Assembly (NCBI GenBank): GCA_963795125.1
Contig: CAWCGQ010000001.1
Coordinates: 1,175,024-1,239,023, forward strand
Source: an uncultured Acidimicrobiia bacterium
GTDB taxonomy: Bacteria > Acidobacteriota > Vicinamibacteria > Vicinamibacterales > UBA2999
DNA length: 64,000 bases
Direction: 5' to 3'
Shown here: positions 42,935-54,121 of the stretch, one piece after another
Position numbering within the stretch: the stretch's first letter is position 1
Layout: every line of letters begins with the position of its first letter
Translations under genes and position numbers: made by a program
Notes under the pieces: generated by a model
What the model was told of the DNA's origin: nothing
What the model saw: only the letters and a program-made list of their open reading frames with translations
The model's database searches: none

Positions 42935-44194
42935 TTACCTCACGGCTGGTTGCGCCCAGCGGTCGACAATACGCGGCTTGATTTGCTCGAACTGTCCGCA
43001 CAACCGCTGCGCGGCGGATGCCGTGTCCGCCGGCGAACTGGCGGCATGCTCGAGGAGAAACGTCCCGGTCCTGGCGAGATACAACGGCAGCAGCGCCTGC
43101 ACGGTGTGTTCGCGCAGGATGACGTGGTGGTGGTGGGCGAGCAGGAAGTCGCCGACGATGTCCGCCCACAACGCGCCCGGCAACGACGGTCCGGAATCCC
43201 GGCTCGCGGCCGCCGCCTTCAGCGCGAGATGCGTGTCGGGTGTCAGGATGCGGTGCAGGATCTCGTCGAGATTCGGGACGTCGCGCTCGAACGCCGAGAG
43301 CAGCGGCGTCGCATCCGGCGGGTGGGGGCCGATGCCGGTGTCAAACGCCTCAGGCAGCGGATCGTCTTCCACCGTCGAGCGGCGCAGCCACGAGTCGCTG
43401 GTGGCCTCGATCGACAGGAATGCCGAGGTCAGCACCTGCTGAAAGACGGCCCGCAGATCGTCGCGACCGCGGGTCACCGGCATCAGCCGCGGGCCGAGCG
43501 GCAGCTGGCGGACCAGGAACCGCCCGGCGAGCGCCTCCGCGGCGATCCAATAGTGCGTGCTCCAGCGCCCCCGGTCGCGGTCGAAGTCGAGCTGCGTGCA
43601 GTGCGCGACAAACCGTGCCGACGCGCCGAACTCGGGGACCATCGGCTCGCGCAGGTCGCGGCCGTAGAGGCCGCGGGTCAGCGGCCTCAGGAGCTGGGTC
43701 ATCAGCAAGCCGGCGTCGGCGGGCCGCGAGTACGCGGGCGCGAGGAAGTCCACGTCGGCATCACCGGCCGGCGCCGCAAGCGTCGCGATTCGTTCCGGTC
43801 CAAGTGCGCCCGCGGCGGGATCCAGCACCACCACCGCGCGCGCCTGGAGCAGGTCGGCGGCGGCCAGCATGATGCGGACCGGGGTGCCATCAGGATCATC
43901 CAGCGGCGCCGCCGTCGTCATGAGGTGAGTGGTGCGGAGGCCGCCGCGCGGCGTCTCCTCATCCCAGAAGCGATGGACGAGCGACGGGACGTCAACCGCG
44001 TCGGCCTGATCGACGTGCAGCAGCGCGGCGCGCAGGCGCGGGAAGTAGGTGCGAAAGCACGCGCGCACCGCCCGGACCAAATCGGCCGCCTCGTCCGCGC
44101 GTTCGATGCGCGGCGCGCCGATCAGCAGGTCCACCCGGCCGACGCCGATGATCTGGCGCAGCAGGTCGTCCTTCAGCAGCGTGTGCTCAGCCAC
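42935..44194 (-). CDS. uncharacterised protein, divergent glucosylglycerate-synthase-like glycosyltransferase fold (catalytic motifs degenerate)
   Basis: 419 aa with non-shadow composition. ..DFLAPAYSRPADAGLLMTQLLRPLTRGLYGRDLREP.. and the C-terminal ..LLPLYLARTGTFL..QFEQIKPRIVDRW resemble the Ggs-like GT family as I recall it. Confidence 0.5.
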   Translation of the reverse strand: MAEHTLLKDDLLRQIIGVGRVDLLIGAPRIERADEAADLVRAVRACFRTYFPRLRAALLHVDQADAVDVPSLVHRFWDEETPRGGLRTTHLMTTAAPLDDPDGTPVRIMLAAADLLQARAVVVLDPAAGALGPERIATLAAPAGDADVDFLAPAYSRPADAGLLMTQLLRPLTRGLYGRDLREPMVPEFGASARFVAHCTQLDFDRDRGRWSTHYWIAAEALAGRFLVRQLPLGPRLMPVTRGRDDLRAVFQQVLTSAFLSIEATSDSWLRRSTVEDDPLPEAFDTGIGPHPPDATPLLSAFERDVPNLDEILHRILTPDTHLALKAAAASRDSGPSLPGALWADIVGDFLLAHHHHVILREHTVQALLPLYLARTGTFLLEHAASSPADTASAAQRLCGQFEQIKPRIVDRWAQPAVR

Positions 44195-44235
44195 CGTCCG
44201 TCCTCGAACCGACAGACGCTGGCGCGGCCGCGGCG

Positions 44236-45875
44236 CTAGATGCGCCGCAGCCGGAACCAGTAAAAGTCATAAGGCCCCAATGTGAGCAGGTACGGCAGCT
44301 CACCGATTCGCGGAAACACGCTGTGGTCGAACATCTCAATCGGTACCAGGCCGGCCAGCGAGCGCAGATCGAGTTCGACCGCTTGCACGCTGCCGGCCAG
44401 GTTGTTCACGACCAGGACCTGCTCCCGTCCGAAAGTCCGCAGGTAGGCGAGCACGCGGTGATTGGTCGGACGCAGGAACGTGAGCGCGCCGCGGCTGAAG
44501 ACGCGCGACGACTTGCGGACGCGGACCAGCCGGCGGGTCCAGTTCAGCAGCGAGTGGGCGTTGCGTTCCTGCGCGACGACATTGACCGCCTGGTAGCCGT
44601 AGAGCGGATTGGAAATCAAGGCGAAGGCCAGGCGTTCGGGGTCGGCGTCTGAGAACCCCGCATTCCAGCCCCCGGTCCATTGCATCGGCGTGCGCACGCC
44701 GTTCCGATCGCCGAGATAGATGTTGTCGCCCATCCCGATCTCGTCGCCGTAATAGATGATCGGACTCCCGGGCAGCGACATCAGCAGCCCATTGAGCAGC
44801 TCGATGCGGCGCCGATCGCCGTCGAGCAGCGGCGCCAGCCGACGCCGGATCCCGAGGTTCAGCCGCGCCACCGGATCGCGGGCGTACTCGTCGTACATGT
44901 AGTCGCGCTCTTCGTCCGTGACCATTTCGAGCGTCAACTCGTCGTGATTGCGCAGGAAGATGCCCCACTGGCAGGCGGCCGGGATCTCCGGCGTGCGTTG
45001 CAGGATCTCGACGATCGGCTTGCGATCCTCCAGCCGCAGCGCCATGAACATTCGCGGCATCAGGGGGAAATGAAACGCCATGTGGAACTCGTCGCCCTCG
45101 CCGAAGTACGGGCGGACGTCTTCCGGCCACTGATTGGCTTCGGCCAGCAGGACACGGCCGGTGTAGTGTTCGTCGAGGCGACGGCGCAGGAACTTCAGGA
45201 CCTCGTGGGTCTCCGGCAGATTTTCACACGAGGTGCCTTCGCGCTCGATCAGATACGGCACGGCGTCGACGCGAAACCCGTCCACACCCATGTCGAGCCA
45301 GAACCGCATCACGTTCCACATCTCTTCGCGCACCGCCGGATTGTCGTAGTTCAGATCCGGCTGGTGGCTGAAGAAGCGGTGCCAGTAGTACGCCTTCGAC
45401 ACCGGATCCCACGCCCAGTTGGAGCTCTCGGTGTCGACAAAGATGATGCGGACGTCGCGATAGCGATCGTCGGTGTCGCTCCACACGTACCAGTCGCGTC
45501 GCGGGTTGTCGACCGAGCTGCGCGCTTCCTGGAACCAGGCGTGTTTGTCGGAGGTGTGATTGGTGACGAGCTCCGTAATCACCTTGAGCCCGACGCCGTG
45601 CGCGGCGTCGAGGAACCGGCGGAAATCGTCGAGGGTCCCGTAGCCGCGATGGATATCGTAATAGTCCGCAATGTCGTAGCCGTCGTCGCGGAACGGAGAC
45701 GGGAAGGTTGGCAGCAGCCACAGGCAGTCGACACCGAGATCGCGCAGGTAGCCGAGTTTGCTGGTCAGGCCGTTGAAGTCGCCGACGCCGTCGCCGTCGC
45801 TGTCGCAGAACGTCTTGACGTGCAACTGGTAGAACACGGCGTCCTGGTACCACAGGTCGTCAGATGGTCGGGCCG

Positions 45876-45879
<4 letters not shown>
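44236..45879 (-). CDS. treS: trehalose synthase (maltose alpha-D-glucosyltransferase)
   Basis: Start ATG 45879 ([35 protein letters not shown]..). GH13 motifs ..[10 protein letters not shown].. and ..[13 protein letters not shown].. Confidence 0.93.
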
Positions 45880-47796
<1,917 letters not shown>

Positions 47797-47800
<4 letters not shown>

Positions 47801-49789
47801 GTGACCACCTCGAAGATGTGCGCGGGCAGGTCCGGATCCAAGCGCACATAATGCCGCTCGCCGCTCCAGTCGAAGACCGCGCCGGTCAGCAGGTCGCGGA
47901 CCCTGAAAGGCAGGTCAGCCAGGCCGAATGCCTCGACGGGCACGGTGACCCGGCCGTGCTGCATGCGGTGCGGGTCCAAGTTGACCACGACGAGCAGCGA
48001 GTCCTCGGCCTCAGGCGCCCGCTTGGTATAGGCGATCAACTCCGGGTTCTCCGACTCGTGGAAGAGGAGCCCGCTGTCGAATTGCAGGGCGGCACGGTCG
48101 CGGCGGATGCGATTGACAAGCGCGATGAGCGGCCTGATGTGGCCGGGACGGTCCCAGTCCCAGCGGCGCAGCTGATATTTCTCCGAATCGAGGTACTCCT
48201 CGGTGCCCGGCACGGCGCGGTGTTCGCACAGTTCGAACCCGCTGTAGATCCCGTAGCTCGCGCCGAGCGTGGCCGCCAGCACGAGCCGCGCCCGGAACGC
48301 CGGCGGACCTCCGTCCTGCAGGTACCTGGTGAAGAATGTCGGGCGTATTCGTGAACAGGTTGGGCCGCAGGTACTCCCGCACCGGCGTGGTGGTCAGCTC
48401 CGTGAAATATTCGCGGAGTTCCTCCTGCGTGTTGCGCCACGTGAAATACGAGTACGACTGTGTGAAACCGAGCTTGGCGAGATACCCCATCACCGTCGGG
48501 CGGGTGAACGCCTCGGACAGAAAAATGGTGTCCGGGTGCTCACGGCGAATCTCGGCAATCAGCCATTCCCAGAACCGGTACGGCTTGGTGTGCGGATTGT
48601 CGACTCGGAAAATGTGCACGCCGTGATCGATCCAGAACGTGACGACGCTCAGCAACTCGTCCCACAGACCGCGCCAGTCGTCGGATTCGAAATCGAACGG
48701 ATAGATGTCCTGATATTTCTTGGGCGGATTCTCCGCGTACTTGATGGTGCCATCCGGACGGTGCTTGAACCACTGCGGGTGCGCCTCGACGTAGGGATGA
48801 TCGGGCGAGCATTGATAGGCCAGATCGAGCGCCACTTCCAGATTCAGCCGGCCGGCCGCGGCCACAAACGCGTCGAAGTCGTCCAGCGTGCCGAGCGCGG
48901 GCTCGACCGCCTTGTGGCCGCCGGTCTTGGCGCCGATGGCCCACGGGCTGCCCGGATCGTCGGGCCCGGCGACGAGCGCATTGCCACGCCCCTTGCGGAA
49001 ACTCGAGCCGATCGGGTGGATCGGCGGCAGGTAGACGACGTCGAAGCCAAGCGCGGCAACATTGGGCAGATGCTGCGCGGCCTCGCGCAGCGTGCCGCCC
49101 CGAGACTCGGACGGGCCCCAGGAACGGGGAAACATTTCGTACCAGGCGCCGACGCGCGCGCGTTGACGATCGATCCAGGCGGGCAGGACGCGTGCGTAGT
49201 CGGTGGCGAGCGAACGATCGGCGTGGCGCATCATCAGGTCCAGCAGGCCATCGTCGAGCGCGGCCCTGGTGCGCACCGCCGGATCGGCGTCTTTGCTGAG
49301 TGTCCCCGCGACCGCGGCGAGGCGCGTGGCGTCGCGCGCGTCGCCGGCGCCGCAGCGGGCGGCGGTGTCGGCAATCAGTTGCGCGCCTTCGCGGAGCTCG
49401 AGCCTGACATCGAGGCCGGCGCCGGCCTTCAGTGTGAGCTCGCGGCGCCACGACAAGAACCGATCGACCCACGCCGTCACGGTGTATCGGTACGCGCCGA
49501 TCGACTCGGGCACGAAGCCGGTTCGCCACTCGTCGCCGCCGAGCGGCACCATGGCGGTCTCGCGCCAATCCGACTCCGGGTTCGTCCGGGCGCGGTGCCG
49601 CAGGCGCACGGCGAGAACATCGTGGCCGTCGGCGTGTGCGCAGGCCGTGACCTGGATGGTCTCGCCGACAGTGCGCTTGATCGCGAATCGGCCGGCGTCG
49701 ATCTCCGGCAGCACCTGCTCGATCACGACGCGACGGCGCCCCTCGTCGCGATCCCCTGACTTCGCCCGGCGGCGTGCTTTAGCGGACAT
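47797..49789 (-). pseudogene. glgE: alpha-1,4-glucan:maltose-1-phosphate maltosyltransferase, frameshifted as assembled near 48334
   Basis: The N-terminal part (ORF 48011..49789) runs to ..RPNLFTNTPDILHQ. The next frame continues YLQDGGPPAFRARLVLAATLGASYGIYSGFELCEH.. (ORF 47797..48282). Confidence 0.9.
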
Positions 49790-51991
49790 CCGGGGATCCT
49801 CCGATGGGGTATGTCGCGTCCTCCCCGATCACCCGCAGCACGACGATCGACCGGCCTTCGAGCGGGACGACCGTGTCGGCGTCGAGCTCCGCCGTCTCGT
49901 CGGGCTGGGCGGTGTTGAGCTCGAGCCGCCACCGCTTGCCGAGCGCGAGCGGCGGCATGACAAAACGCCGCGGCTCGATGGCGGCATTGAACAGGACGAG
50001 AAACGAGTCGCCGGCAATGCGCCGGCCGCGATCGTCGCGCTCGTCTATGGCATCGCCGTGCAACAGCATGCCGAACGACTGCAGTTCCGACCGCCAGGCG
50101 ACATCGCTGACTTCAGCGCCATCCGCATCGAGCCACTCGATGTCCCGGACGCTGCTGCCGCGCAGCGCGCGTCCCTGAAAGAACGATCGCCTCCGCAGCA
50201 CCGGCTCCTCGAGCCGAAGCTGGATCAGCCGCGACGTGAAGTCGAGCAGTGCTCGCGCATCGGCGTCCATCGACCAGTCGGTCCAACTCAACTCGCTGTC
50301 CTGGCAATAGGCGTTGTTATTGCCGTGCTGCGTGCGACCGAGCTCATCGCCGCCGCTCAACATCGGCACGCCTTGCGACAGGAACAGCGTCGCCAGGAAG
50401 TTGCGCTTCTGCCGCTCGCGCAACTGCTGAATGGCGGGATCGTCGGTCGGCCCCTCGTGACCGCAGTTGTTACTCAGGTTGTGGCTTTCGCCGTCGCGAT
50501 TGTCCTCGCCGTTGGCTTCGTTGTGCTTGGTCTCATAGCTGACCAGATCGTGCAGGGTGAAGCCGTCATGCGCGGTGACGAAGTTGATGCTCGCATACGG
50601 GCGCCGGCCGCTGTGCTCGTAGAGGTCGCTGCTGCCGGCGAGCCGCGTCGCCATTTCCGAGGTGCTCCCCGTCGCCTCGCCAGAACCGAGCGGATGGTGT
50701 CGCGATAGCGGCCGTTCCATTCGGTCCAGAGCACCGGAAACTGGCCGACCTGATAGCCGCCGGCGCCGAGGTCCCAGGGTTCGGCGATCAGCTTGACCTG
50801 CGACAGCACCGGATCCTGATGAATGATGTCGAGAAACGCGCTCAGGCGATCGACATCGTGGAGTTCGCGCGCGAGGGCGCTGGCCAGGTCGAACCGGAAG
50901 CCGTCGACGTGCATCTCGAGGACCCAGTAGCGCAGGCTGTCCATCACCAGCTGCAGGACTTGCGGCTGGGTGGCGTTGAGGGTGTTGCCGCAGCCGGTGA
51001 AGTCGACGTAGTAGCGCCGATCGTCCGGCGACAGCCGGTAATACGTCGCATTGTCAATGCCGCGTAGCGACAGCGTTGGTCCGAGCTGATTGCCCTCCGC
51101 GGTGTGGTTGTAGACCACGTCGAGGATGACCTCGAGGCCGGCGGCGTGCAGTGCGCGGACCATGCGCTTGAATTCCAGCACCGAGGCGCCGGGCAGGCGG
51201 TGGGCGGAGTAGCGCAGGTCGGGCGCGAGGAAGCTGAGGGTGTTGTAGCCCCAATAGTTGGAGAGGCCGCGTGCCACGAGATGCCGGTCGTCGGTGTGAT
51301 GGTGCACCGGCATCAACTCGACGGCGGTCACGCCGAGTCCGATCAAGTGATCGAGCGCCGCGTCGGTCGTCAAGGCTTCGTAGGTGCCACGAATCTGGGG
51401 CGGAATACCCGGATGGCGCGCGGTAAAGCCTTTGACGTGCAATTCGTAGATCACCGTCCGGTGCCAAGGCGTACGAAGCGGCTGATCGACGCCCCAGGTG
51501 AAGGCGGGGTCGATGACCGCGGCGAGCGGCGCCATGGCGGCATTGTCCCGATCATTCATGACGAGGTCGTCGTGTCCCTCGTGTGCCGCGTAGCCGAACA
51601 TCTCGAACTCACCCCAGCGCACCATGCGTCCGATGGCTTTGGCGTACGGATCGAGCAGCACCTTATGCGGATTGAATCGGTGGCCCTCGTGCGGCGCATA
51701 GGGGCCGTGCACGCGGTAGCCGTACAACTGGCCCGGCCGGACATCCGGGAGATATCCGTGCCAGACCTGCGCCGTTTGTTCGGGCAGGGTGATCGTCCGC
51801 GACTCGCGCGGCGCGTCCGCGGAGTCGAACAAGCAGAGGTCAACCTGCGTGGCGTGGGCCGAGAACAGCGCGAAGTTCACGCCCAGGCCATCCCACGTGG
51901 CGCCGAGCGGATACGGCGCTCCCGGCCACACCGCCGGGCGGGCGGCGTCAGCGACCTTGGCGGATGAAAGACGCGCCGAGTCATCAGGCAT
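49779..51991 (-). pseudogene. glgX: glycogen debranching enzyme GlgX, two frameshifts as assembled (about 50687 and 50668)
   Basis: Start ATG 51991 ([23 protein letters not shown]..). ..[14 protein letters not shown], then FWRGDG, then [38 protein letters not shown].. lie in three successive frames. Confidence 0.88.
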
Positions 51992-52002
51992 TTCGCTAAT
52001 CA

Positions 52003-52020
52003 GGGCAAATTGCCTGCCGC
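52003..52020 (-). promoter_or_regulatory. candidate sigma54 (-24/-12) promoter upstream of glgX
   Basis: The minus strand reads cGGCAGGCAATTTGCc, against the consensus TGGCACG-N4-TTGCW. GG-N10-GC spacing is exact. It lies 13 nt upstream of ATG 51991 and next to a divergent sigma54 activator gene. Confidence 0.5.
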
Positions 52021-52160
52021 CGCGCTCGCGCGCAACCGGCGATGCCGTCAGAGGGAGACGGTCGCGGCTGAGCTTCCCGCATTGACGACATGTCGCGAGT
52101 GGCTGGCGATATATCGACAGCCGTGGCCGCCGCGGCGCGCCGCCGCAGTAAGATCGCGGT

Positions 52161-53744
52161 TTGGATGTAGACGCTGTCGACGACGAACGTGGCCACTCGG
52201 TCGAGCTGGCGCTGGTCGAGGCCGCGCGATCGCTGACCTCGCGCCTCGATGTTCCGGGCGTCGCCGGCGCGCTGCTCAAGGCGGTCGACGATGTGTTCGG
52301 CGCGGCGTCGAGTTGGGTGCTCCTTTACGATGCCCGCGAGCGACAGCTCAAGACGGTAGCCTTTCGCGGCCCGAAGGCCGAGGCGTTTCGCGAAGTCGCC
52401 ATGCAGGCCAACGTCGGCATCATGGGGCTGGCGTTCACCAGCCGGCAGGTCGTGTTTGTCCCCGACAGCCAGACCGAAGATCGCTGGTTCGATGCCGCGC
52501 GGGTGCATCGGATGGCGATCGGGTCGGCCTTTGCCGTGCCGCTGCTCTCTCAGGGACGCGCGCTCGGCGTGGTCGGTCTCGACGCGCCGCGGTTCAGCGC
52601 CGCGAACCCGCCGGGCCCCGCCGACGTGGCCCGGCTCGAAGCGCTCGCCGCCCAGGCGGCCGTCGCCATTACCAACGCGGAACTCTACGAAGCGAGCGAG
52701 CGCGATCGCCGGCGGCTGGCGGCGCTGCTCGACGAGCGGCGCGGCCTGCGCAAGCGGGTGGCGACGCTTCAGGAGGAAGTGCGCTCGGCGAAGGTCATGC
52801 CGGACCTGGTCGGCGACAGCGATCTCTGGCGGGAAACGGTGCGCCTTGGCGACGTCGTGGCGGCCGGCGATACCACGGTCCTTCTGCTCGGCGAAACCGG
52901 CACGGGGAAGGAATTGCTGGCGCGGCGCATTCACGATCACAGTGGCCGCGCCGGCGCGGCGTTTGTCGCGGTCAACTGTGCCGCGCTTCCGGACGCGCTC
53001 GTCGAAAGTGAATTGTTCGGTCACGAGAAGGGTGCGTTCACCGGCGCGATCGCCCGCAAGCTGGGGAAGTTCGAGCTTGCCGACGGCGGCACGCTGTTCC
53101 TCGACGAGATTGGCGACCTGCCGCTCGACGCGCAAGCCAAGCTGCTGCGCGTGCTGCAGGATTCGAAAGTGGAGCGGGTTGGCGGCAGCGGCCCTGTTTC
53201 CGTGAACGTCCGGCTGATCGCCGCCACCAACAAGGACCTGGAGAGCGCCATCGCCGCGCAAACCTTCCGTTCGGATCTCTATTTCCGGCTCGGCGTCTTT
53301 CCGGTCGCGTTGCCGGCGCTGCGCGATCGGCCCGCGGACATTCCGATCCTCGCGCGCCATTTTCTCGGCGTGTTTGCGCGCAAGCTCGCCCGTCCGGCCG
53401 AGAAAGTCGGTACCGCGGCCATGCAGCGGCTGCTCGCGTACCCGTGGCCGGGCAACGTGCGCGAACTGCAGAATGTCATGGAGCGCGCCGTGATCCTGTC
53501 CAATGCGTCAATCGTCCAGCCCGCCGAGATCTGGCTGCCGCGCCGGCGCTTCGCCGCACCCACCGCCAGCGGTCGCGATGTCACGACGCTGGCGGAAGCC
53601 GACCGCCGCGCGATCCTCTCGGCGCTCGACGCGTGCGGCTGGCGCATTTCCGGGCGCGGCGGCGCCGCCGAACGGCTCGCCACTCGGCCCACCACCCTCC
53701 ACGCCAAAATGAAAAAGCTCGGGATCAGGCGGCCGGCGAAGTAG
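52161..53744 (+). CDS. sigma54-dependent transcriptional activator (GAF sensor + AAA+ + Fis-type HTH)
   Basis: N-terminal GAF-like domain, Walker A GETGTGKE, the GAFTGA motif (EKGAFTGA), R-finger region, and C-terminal HTH ..[21 protein letters not shown].. TTG start is uncertain. Confidence 0.9.
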   Translation: MDVDAVDDERGHSVELALVEAARSLTSRLDVPGVAGALLKAVDDVFGAASSWVLLYDARERQLKTVAFRGPKAEAFREVAMQANVGIMGLAFTSRQVVFVPDSQTEDRWFDAARVHRMAIGSAFAVPLLSQGRALGVVGLDAPRFSAANPPGPADVARLEALAAQAAVAITNAELYEASERDRRRLAALLDERRGLRKRVATLQEEVRSAKVMPDLVGDSDLWRETVRLGDVVAAGDTTVLLLGETGTGKELLARRIHDHSGRAGAAFVAVNCAALPDALVESELFGHEKGAFTGAIARKLGKFELADGGTLFLDEIGDLPLDAQAKLLRVLQDSKVERVGGSGPVSVNVRLIAATNKDLESAIAAQTFRSDLYFRLGVFPVALPALRDRPADIPILARHFLGVFARKLARPAEKVGTAAMQRLLAYPWPGNVRELQNVMERAVILSNASIVQPAEIWLPRRRFAAPTASGRDVTTLAEADRRAILSALDACGWRISGRGGAAERLATRPTTLHAKMKKLGIRRPAK

Positions 53745-54077
53745 GTGGTGACGGGATTTGGTCAGCGCCGCCACCGCAGGTCGCCGCTCACGCAAATTCA
53801 GGGCGTGTTTCGCGGATCAAATGACGGGCGTCGAACTTGCAGACAGCCACACTGGGTGGCCAGCATTCAGGTGCGAGTCCGCGACGGCAAGCGACGTGTC
53901 ACGATCCGCGGTCGGCTGGCGGCCGCGGACCTGCGGCGTCTCGAGCAGGCGTGCGGAACGGCGCTCGAGCATCAGGAGATCCCGCTTGAAATTCGCATTC
54001 GAGACGCCGTCGCGGTGGACGAGACGTCCCGGCTGTTCCTCAATCGGCTGCTGAAACGCGGCGCCGTACTCACCTAG
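53745..54077 (+). CDS. hypothetical small protein (possibly shorter; STAS-like impression only)
   Basis: The C-terminal 75 aa (..IQVRVRDGKRRVTIRGRLAAADLRRLEQACGTALEHQEIPLEIRIRDAVAVDETSRLFLNRLLKRGAVL) look protein-like. The N-terminal third is Arg-rich and doubtful. Confidence 0.3.
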   Translation: MVTGFGQRRHRRSPLTQIQGVFRGSNDGRRTCRQPHWVASIQVRVRDGKRRVTIRGRLAAADLRRLEQACGTALEHQEIPLEIRIRDAVAVDETSRLFLNRLLKRGAVLT

Positions 54078-54121
54078 CCGCGCGGCGCCGCGGCCGGGAT
54101 ACAATCAGCGGCCGAGGAGCG

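Noticed and set aside
52161-52200. Alternative upstream or downstream starts for the sigma54 activator, and ORFs 52010..53011 and 52456..53205 in other frames.
   Set aside because: The other-frame ORFs are Arg/Ala-rich shadows. Only the 52161 frame carries the GAF/AAA+/HTH motifs. The exact start codon cannot be fixed from sequence alone.
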